The notes under the pieces: model-generated
What the model saw: only the letters and a program-made list of their open reading frames with translations
Database searches by the model: none
Told to the model about the DNA's origin: nothing
Part shown: in pieces, positions 26,045 through 32,000 of the stretch
Layout of the letters: every line of letters begins with the position of its first letter
Numbering within the stretch: the stretch's first letter is position 1
Position numbers and translations under genes: made by a program
From: Candidatus Thorarchaeota archaeon
Lineage (GTDB): Archaea; Asgardarchaeota; Heimdallarchaeia; Hodarchaeales; Hodarchaeaceae
Direction: 5' to 3'
DNA: 32,000 bases
Assembly: GCA_048882505.1 (NCBI GenBank)
Contig: JBHLRO010000018.1
Coordinates: 30,001 to 62,000, forward strand

Positions 26045-26491
26045 CTAAAGCTTACTCAAAAGTAAGGCTCGGATCTCTTCAGGTTCATGCTGCTTCAGCG
26101 TTGGGACTAAATCGGGTGGAACCGTGAATACTTGGCGCTTGAGTCGTTCCTGAGCAACTTGATCTTCGCTCTGTTGAAGACCTTCCCAAATAGCCAGATA
26201 TTCCTGCATTGGAAGCCCCAACGATGTATGGGTCAGATCATTGGGATGTTTACTTGGATGAATCTGCTCATTGGACGACTTCTGAGCTGATAGAACCAGG
26301 CCAAAATGAAACAGTTCACTCACCACTGCAATGCAAGATAATACATCAATTTGGAGGTCTGCTGCAATTTGAGGAATATTAGATGGTTTTTTGGCAAGTA
26401 ATCGAAGTATTGGGATAGTTATTGGGTTTTTTAGAAGTTGTTCTATCACGAATCGTTCCTTCCTTGAAATTCCAACACATGATATCCGCAC
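26045..26491 (-). CDS. Winged HTH (ArsR-like) domain hypothetical protein
   Basis: 'LLKNPITIPILRLLAKKPSNIPQIAADLQI......VSELFHFGLV' resembles an ArsR-type HTH. Confidence 0.65.
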   Translation of the reverse strand: MRISCVGISRKERFVIEQLLKNPITIPILRLLAKKPSNIPQIAADLQIDVLSCIAVVSELFHFGLVLSAQKSSNEQIHPSKHPNDLTHTSLGLPMQEYLAIWEGLQQSEDQVAQERLKRQVFTVPPDLVPTLKQHEPEEIRALLLSKL

Positions 26492-26586
26492 CGTTAAAAA
26501 TAGTTTTAAATTGAATCCTATTTATGTATATCGCGTGAATTTTAGTAAAACTTAGGCCTAGTTATAAATAAAAGGAAGCGGATTGC

Positions 26587-27288
26587 ATGTCAAAGAGCGA
26601 TGTCATTGTTAAGTGTGTAGATCTCAGAAAGAGTTATATACTCGGTGAGGGTATCCGGGTAGACGCTCTACGCGGAATTTCCATGGAAATCAAGCGAGGC
26701 GAGATGGTTTCAATTATGGGGCCTTCTGGGTGCGGGAAAACGACGCTTTTAAACCTAATTGGATCTTTAGATCGTCCATCATCAGGAAAAATACTCTTGG
26801 AGGGAAGAGACATCTCGGCAGCTTCCGAAAAGGAACTTACGGAAATACGAAGAGCGAAAGTGGGATTCGTATTCCAATTCTACAACCTTTTGCCAGTGTT
26901 AACCTCACTCGAGAATGTAGAGCTCCCCATGTTAATCGCGGGTGTTCCAAAGGAAGCACGACAGGAGCGAGCCCTAAGTCTTTTAGAAAAGGTCGGGTTG
27001 AGTGAACGAAAAGACCACAAACCTGACGAGTTGAGCGGCGGGGAGCGTCAACGTGTGGCCATTGCACGCTCTTTAGCCAACACTCCTACCATCTTGCTTG
27101 CAGATGAACCAACAGGAGATTTAGACACTGAAACAGGAGATGCTGTGCTGGACTTACTAAAAGAGTTAAATAGAGAACTAGGTCAAACTACGATTCTAGT
27201 AACTCATGATATTAACATCGCCCGACAATCTAATAGAATTTTTCACATTCGTGACGGGCAAGTATCTTCAGTTGAAGAAGTCAATTAA
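26587..27288 (+). CDS. ABC transporter ATP-binding protein (LolD/MacB family)
   Basis: Walker A 'GPSGCGKTT', Q-loop 'GFVFQFYNLL', signature 'LSGGERQRVAIAR', 'LADEPTG' and 'VTHD'. Confidence 0.95.
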   Translation: MSKSDVIVKCVDLRKSYILGEGIRVDALRGISMEIKRGEMVSIMGPSGCGKTTLLNLIGSLDRPSSGKILLEGRDISAASEKELTEIRRAKVGFVFQFYNLLPVLTSLENVELPMLIAGVPKEARQERALSLLEKVGLSERKDHKPDELSGGERQRVAIARSLANTPTILLADEPTGDLDTETGDAVLDLLKELNRELGQTTILVTHDINIARQSNRIFHIRDGQVSSVEEVN

Positions 27289-27305
27289 AGCCATCTTGAG
27301 AATTG

Positions 27306-28250
27306 TCAGGTTAACAAAGTACGAAGTGGATCAGTCCCGGTCTCTTTCGCTTCATCCTCTAGAATTCTGATCAGCTCTTTAAAGCGGTTTCGAATGGTTA
27401 CAGGGGTGATTCGGGCTACTGTGGATATTTCCTGTTGAGTTCTACGTTCACCAGTCTGGATGGATGCTATGTAAATTGCTGCCGCTGCCAAAGACATAGG
27501 ATTCTTCCCTACAGTAGCTCCATGTCTCCTCGCAATATTGAGAATTTCAACTGCTTTGCGTCGGACTTTCATTGAAACCCGTAGATTTACACCTAATCGA
27601 TGCACGAGGCCCCGATAGTCACTTTGACTCACTTTAAGATCGAGTTTATGTAAAATGATTCGAATACAGCGTCCTAAATCCTTTGTTGAGATATAGGAAA
27701 CTGCAGCAATATCCTTCAATGTTTGAGGTAACCTTTTCTTTCGAGATGCTAGATATAAACTCGCAGCTACCATACAGTCTATTGATCGCCCACGGATTAG
27801 GTTTTTCTTCAATGCTCTTCTGTAAATGCGAGCTCCCATCTCTGCTACATCTTCTGGAAGCTCAAGATGGCTCTTTATCCGTTTTAATTCCTTAAGAGCG
27901 AGACGAAGATTCCTTATTTCTGATTTCCGTGTTCGGTTATCGATCCGTGATAAACGGCGGTATTTGGTTTGGGATGCGTAGGATAAGGTTCTTCCAGATA
28001 TATCTTTCCGAATACCGCCGATTTGGGTACGTAAACCCATTTCGGGTTTTAGAGGAGTAATTGGACTACCCGTACGCGCCCGTTCTGCCATTTCACTCGA
28101 ATCGTACGCCCGCCACTCCGGGCCTAGATCTATACGCGTTTCTAATACAAGGCCACAGGAAGCGCAAATCGAGGTGCCCTTTGTCATATCATTAACAATA
28201 TCGACAGAACCACATTCTGGACATTTTCCATCTTGGGGTTTTTGTGACAT
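27306..28250 (-). CDS. tfb: Transcription initiation factor IIB (TFB)
   Basis: Zn ribbon 'CPECG...CASCG', B-reader 'GPEWRAYD', and cyclin repeats 'LIRGRSI', 'GKNPMSLAAAAIYIA', 'TIRNRFKEL'. ATG 28250 preferred; ATG 28280 possible. Confidence 0.96.
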   Translation of the reverse strand: MSQKPQDGKCPECGSVDIVNDMTKGTSICASCGLVLETRIDLGPEWRAYDSSEMAERARTGSPITPLKPEMGLRTQIGGIRKDISGRTLSYASQTKYRRLSRIDNRTRKSEIRNLRLALKELKRIKSHLELPEDVAEMGARIYRRALKKNLIRGRSIDCMVAASLYLASRKKRLPQTLKDIAAVSYISTKDLGRCIRIILHKLDLKVSQSDYRGLVHRLGVNLRVSMKVRRKAVEILNIARRHGATVGKNPMSLAAAAIYIASIQTGERRTQQEISTVARITPVTIRNRFKELIRILEDEAKETGTDPLRTLLT

Positions 28251-28335
28251 CAAATTATCAACCCCTCCAAAGTTCCTCATGATTGTGGGAAGGTTCCGCT
28301 AGCTCAGGTTGCTGGGCAAAGATTTAAAAGGGGAG

Positions 28336-28343
28336 TTTATAAA
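28336..28343 (-). promoter_or_regulatory. Putative TATA box for tfb
   Basis: TTTATAAA lies about 55-85 nt upstream of the candidate tfb starts and matches the archaeal TATA consensus. Confidence 0.5.
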
Positions 28344-28638
28344 TCATTGGGATCTACCAATTTTGTTATCCCATTTGCATGTCGTAAATCATTCAAATAC
28401 TAGCGAATCGGTTCCGATTACAGAATTTTGCCATAACTGACTCATCTTTGTTTTTAATGATGAATTGCTCATATTTTGAGATTTGATATTTCCGAGATGA
28501 GAGAAAGAGCTTGAACTGCCTGTGTCAACATAACACTGCTGCTACTGATCTCATTAAAATGGCAGATATACCGTTTCGAGACTATCATCTCGCTTAGAGC
28601 CTGATTAAAGGCATAAAATCGTATTTCTATATAGCATC

Positions 28639-28667
28639 TTTTTAAACTTTATAAACTCACTTATAAA
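28639..28667 (+). promoter_or_regulatory. Cluster of TATA-like boxes upstream of tbp
   Basis: TTTTTAAA (28639-28646), TTTATAAA (28648-28655) and TTATAAA (28661-28667). Confidence 0.5.
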
Positions 28668-28718
28668 CATTGAAACGAATGGCCAATTAGAGAAAGCTAG
28701 ATAGACCATTCAGATGGT

Positions 28719-28738
28719 AGATTCGGTATACCGAATCT
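28719..28738. repeat. Perfect 20-bp palindrome in tbp 5' region
   Basis: AGATTCGGTA|TACCGAATCT lies immediately before the GGTGA SD at 28741-28745. Confidence 0.85.
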
Positions 28739-28750
28739 TTGGTGATTTTC

Positions 28751-29347
28751 TTGTCAGAGGATACAAAAAAAGCCGATTTATATGCTGAAGTGCAGAATGT
28801 TGTAGCATCAGTTGACCTTCGCTGCAAAATCAAGCTGGAACGAGCAGCTAGCAGGTTGCCAGGTGATGTACAGGTTTCGTATATTCCCGAACAGTTTCCT
28901 GGAGTCGTTGTGAAGATAAAGAAGCCAAAAGTTTCTATCCTAGTCTTCAGTAGTGGAAAGCTCGTTGTTACAGGGGCAAAATCGGTTCCCATGATTGAAG
29001 AAGCCGTAGAGGTGATTTCGGAGCTTCTGCGACAGGCGGGGCATAATGTTAAGCATGAGGCGACGATTACGGTCCAAAATATAGTGGCCTCGGGAACCCT
29101 GGGAAAGCGAATTAATCTCGAATTGGCGGCCCTTTTACTAGAACACTCAATGTATGAACCAGAACAGTTTCCTGGACTGATATATCGTATGCAGGAACCC
29201 AAGGTCGTGCTATTATTGTTCCAATCAGGAAAATTGGTTTGTACTGGTGCGAAGAAGGAAGAGTACGTATATCAATCCATTGAAAAGATATACTCCATTT
29301 TGGAAGAAATCGAAGCGTTTGAGGTCATGACCGCGACTGCAGCTTAA
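28751..29347 (+). CDS. tbp: TATA-box binding protein
   Basis: Two repeats 'QNVVAS.DL / QNIVASG.L', 'Y.PEQFPG' twice and 'F.SGKLV.TGAK' twice. TTG 28751 follows GGTGA; the ORF is open from 28739. Confidence 0.97.
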   Translation: MSEDTKKADLYAEVQNVVASVDLRCKIKLERAASRLPGDVQVSYIPEQFPGVVVKIKKPKVSILVFSSGKLVVTGAKSVPMIEEAVEVISELLRQAGHNVKHEATITVQNIVASGTLGKRINLELAALLLEHSMYEPEQFPGLIYRMQEPKVVLLLFQSGKLVCTGAKKEEYVYQSIEKIYSILEEIEAFEVMTATAA

Positions 29348-29351
29348 CCCC

Positions 29352-30878
29352 TCATTCGTTCCCAATAAAATCCAATCCTTCTTGGACTGCAAGGGGTATA
29401 TGTTCGAGTAGCTGAGGTAAAGAGAAGTTCTTAATTGAAAGTTCCCCGGCCCGTCCGTTAACGTAAACCCCAATACAGGCTGCATAAAACAGTGAAGCCG
29501 TTTGGGGAATCAAACCTGCGATTAATCCTGCAAGAACATCACCAGTTCCTCCTCGAGTCATGAGAGGTGTTCCAGTCTTGTTAACTTTCAACATGTTTTT
29601 GTCTGCGACAATATCCCAATGTCCCTTCACGACCCATATGTTTGGAAAACCGCTGGTTACTTGATAAACTAATTGCTTTCGTTTTTCAAAGTGATTCATC
29701 CCTGCGGGAAGTTTTTTTCCTGTAAGTTGCTCAAACTCCCCAGAATGAGGGGTGAGAATAGTATGCTCAGATAAGTGTCTAATATCGGTCAATTTAAGTG
29801 CATCCGCATCGATTACTATGGGTTTATTATGTCTATTAGCCATATCAAGAATTGATTCAACAGCTTCCGCTGTATCCGCATGTGTTCCGAGGCCTGGGCC
29901 GAGTAAAATAACATCATTTCGCGAAATTAAATCTGATGAGATCCCTTCTTTTGTTAGATGAGGTGTTGGAAGGGGTTGAACAATCAATTCAGGAGAGTAA
30001 GATCTAATTGCTGCACTTATATTATCAGGAGTAAGAATTGTGAGGAGATCCGTCCCTGCCCGAATCGCTGCCATTGCAGCCAGTGTAGGTGCACCAGAAT
30101 AAGTCTCATTTCCCCCAATAACGAGAATTTTCCCGTGATCCCCTTTTTTTGTCCAGGACTGCCTAGTTTTTAGGGCCAATAAGTCGCCTGGCCCAATTAT
30201 TTCCTCAGCTTCGGGGGGAACCCCAATCGGAATGACGTCTATGTGTCCAGAGTTTTCCGGAGACAGTCCTTGTTTCTGTCTATGTAGACAAAAAGTCCTT
30301 TGAGGAGTTAAAAATATATTAGATAATTCTCCAGTATTTGGATTTACACCCGTTGGGGTATCAATACTAATGACAAATGCACCTTTTTTTTTCCAAGCGT
30401 TGATCTTGTTGAGTACTGAAAGGATAGGATTTTTCATCTCTCCACGTAAACCTGTCCCAAGTAATGCGTCAATGATCAAAGTCTTGGGGTGGGATTGTAT
30501 TTTTGTGACATCTGTACTATCTTTGATTTCGGTCGTCCTAACAGAATTGGTCATTTGGCATAGAATATTCCAATTTGCTTTGGTACTGGCTTTATTTATC
30601 GTATGGCTAGAACCTATCAAGTATACATGGATAGGGAGGTGCCAAGCAAGATGACGGGCAGCCACCATCCCGTCACCCCCGTTTCCACCTTTTCCAGCAA
30701 AAATAATAACCTCACTTCTGTTGGTTTCCTGGCAGATTTTCCACACTAAATCAGCTATCCCCCGACCAGCGTTTTCCATAAGAAGATGACGGCTTACACC
30801 AAGGAACTCGGAATTTACATCAATAATGCTCATTTCTAAAGTAGAAATAGGTTTTTCATGCACTTCTTCCAGCTCCAA
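29352..30878 (-). CDS. nnr: Bifunctional NAD(P)H-hydrate epimerase/dehydratase (YjeF/Nnr)
   Basis: 'LMENAG', 'GKGGNGGDG', 'IDALLGTG', 'SIDTPTG', 'KKGDHG', 'GPGLG', 'LTPHSGEF' and 'GGTGDVLAG'. Confidence 0.96.
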   Translation of the reverse strand: MELEEVHEKPISTLEMSIIDVNSEFLGVSRHLLMENAGRGIADLVWKICQETNRSEVIIFAGKGGNGGDGMVAARHLAWHLPIHVYLIGSSHTINKASTKANWNILCQMTNSVRTTEIKDSTDVTKIQSHPKTLIIDALLGTGLRGEMKNPILSVLNKINAWKKKGAFVISIDTPTGVNPNTGELSNIFLTPQRTFCLHRQKQGLSPENSGHIDVIPIGVPPEAEEIIGPGDLLALKTRQSWTKKGDHGKILVIGGNETYSGAPTLAAMAAIRAGTDLLTILTPDNISAAIRSYSPELIVQPLPTPHLTKEGISSDLISRNDVILLGPGLGTHADTAEAVESILDMANRHNKPIVIDADALKLTDIRHLSEHTILTPHSGEFEQLTGKKLPAGMNHFEKRKQLVYQVTSGFPNIWVVKGHWDIVADKNMLKVNKTGTPLMTRGGTGDVLAGLIAGLIPQTASLFYAACIGVYVNGRAGELSIKNFSLPQLLEHIPLAVQEGLDFIGNE

Positions 30879-31011
30879 CGAGTTAACGAGCTCCGAACTC
30901 GTTTATAAGGTGTTGCTGCGGCAGCCTCAACAAATCAGGCCTCATTAAAAAGCTAATTACAAAGCCCATCAAAAAATCCATTATCTACTCTTGGGCTAGA
31001 GTCGGTTCGAA

Positions 31012-32000
31012 ATGGATCAGTTTTTTTTCCTATTACTTTTAATAAACATATGTTCAGGAATACTACTGCTCCCCTACCCTCTCAATTTATTATTTCTAAC
31101 CCTTTCTTCCTCTAGATGGGGTGACCCCCAAATCACAAAGTATTATGAAAAACCTGAGCTTCCAACGGTAACAATTCAAATCCCCGTTTATAACGAACCT
31201 CGCATTATCCAAAGCACGCTTCGAAACATTGCAAACCTTCTGTATCCACCTGACCAGCTGAAGGTTCAGATAATCGATGATTCCACAGATGAAACAGCTG
31301 AAAAGCTCGATCAGGAGGTCTCCAATCTTTGCCAACAAGGTATTCACGTGGATCTAGTCCGTCGTTCGGGCCGTACTGGGTACAAAGCGGGGGCACTCGC
31401 CCATGGTTTGAAACAAATCCAATCTGACCTTGTTGCCATTTTTGATGCGGATTTTCAAGTCGATCCGAACTTTTTACAACGTTCTGTTCATTATTTCAAG
31501 TCGAATCCATATCTGGGCGCCCTCCAAACACGCTGGGAACATAGGAACCTGCATTACTCGCTATTCACTCGGGCGATGTCGATAGGGCTTGACGGGCATT
31601 TCCTTGTAGAAAAGCCTGGACGATTGAAACGAAACGCCTTCATTACGTTTAATGGGAGCGGAGGGATTTGGAAACGTGATGCGATTAATACGATAGGAGG
31701 TTGGAGCTCTGAAACGTTGGCTGAAGACCTAGACCTTGCATATCGGGCTCAGATTCAGGGATATGAGATATTATACTTGAGAGAGTTGACAAACTCCCAA
31801 GAAATTCCCCCCACAATACGATATTGGACAATTCAGCAAACACGATGGGCAAAAGGATTTTCTCAAAATCTGAGGAAGAATTTCAGACTGTTCTGGCAAA
31901 CGGCACCTCCGAAATCGCGAATTCAGGGAGTCCTGCATCTTAGCCAATATTCGGTTCCAGCATTAATTCTGGTTAATACAACAACAGGGGCAATCTTGTT
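31012..32000 (+). CDS. Processive GT2 glycosyltransferase (cellulose-synthase-like/CslA type), 3'-truncated; not in ORF track
   Basis: Hand translation from ATG 31012 is open to the window end: N-terminal TM, 'TIQIPVYNE', 'IIDDSTD', 'GYKAGAL', 'IFDADF', 'FNGSGG', 'LAEDLDL' and 'QQTRW' (D,D,D,QxxRW). Confidence 0.93.
   Translation, partial: MDQFFFLLLLINICSGILLLPYPLNLLFLTLSSSRWGDPQITKYYEKPELPTVTIQIPVYNEPRIIQSTLRNIANLLYPPDQLKVQIIDDSTDETAEKLDQEVSNLCQQGIHVDLVRRSGRTGYKAGALAHGLKQIQSDLVAIFDADFQVDPNFLQRSVHYFKSNPYLGALQTRWEHRNLHYSLFTRAMSIGLDGHFLVEKPGRLKRNAFITFNGSGGIWKRDAINTIGGWSSETLAEDLDLAYRAQIQGYEILYLRELTNSQEIPPTIRYWTIQQTRWAKGFSQNLRKNFRLFWQTAPPKSRIQGVLHLSQYSVPALILVNTTTGAIL

Noticed and set aside
28687-29202. 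171-aa antisense ORF over tbp
   Set aside because: Fully overlaps a highly conserved gene on the opposite strand and has no motifs.
31001-31015. GGTTCGAA resembling a tRNA T-loop
   Set aside because: No T-stem pairing or cloverleaf, and it runs into the GT2 start codon.
31021-31028. T8 run right after the GT2 start as a phase-variation tract (also T9 at 1901-1909, A8 at 10233-10240)
   Set aside because: All are in frame and short, and similar homopolymers occur throughout this AT-leaning sequence.
1-32000. CRISPR arrays, IS elements, integrases, rRNA/tRNA, and selenocysteine/pyrrolysine readthrough
   Set aside because: By eye I saw no regularly spaced repeats, transposase motifs, structural RNA genes or in-frame stops splitting conserved domains; tRNAscan/Infernal were not run.

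Overview
Gene-dense archaeal chromosomal window with about 40 CDS, two of them truncated by the window edges. I found no rRNA, tRNA, CRISPR array or mobile element. Archaeal housekeeping genes dominate: the rpoE1-spt4-DUF359-rps24e-rps27ae-kae1-bud32 operon, rps8e, gar1, tRNA-intron endonuclease, ndk, a K+-independent membrane H+-PPase, uppS, Sec61beta, TFB, TBP, geranylgeranyl reductase, cofE-like/folP and nnr. Several proteins look eukaryote-like (Get3/TRC40 with CxxC, a TRAP-beta-like Ig membrane protein, RPA32-like OB+WH), so I infer an Asgard archaeon; that placement is not proven. The most striking item is a 235-aa protein (8473-9180) laid out like a WAVE/WASP-family actin nucleation-promoting factor: an N-terminal WAVE-homology-like coiled coil, about 50 prolines including PPPPP, FPPPP and PPLP, an amphipathic basic helix, and a terminal W-acidic motif. 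Other items worth checking are a 541-aa protein with three tandem winged-helix repeats, a 48-aa membrane ORF missed by the ORF track, a cofE-folP pair suggesting FolC2-type folate glutamylation, an archaeosortase, and head-to-head tfb/tbp genes with a perfect 20-bp palindrome before tbp. All family calls come from motif recognition and remembered sequences, not database searches.
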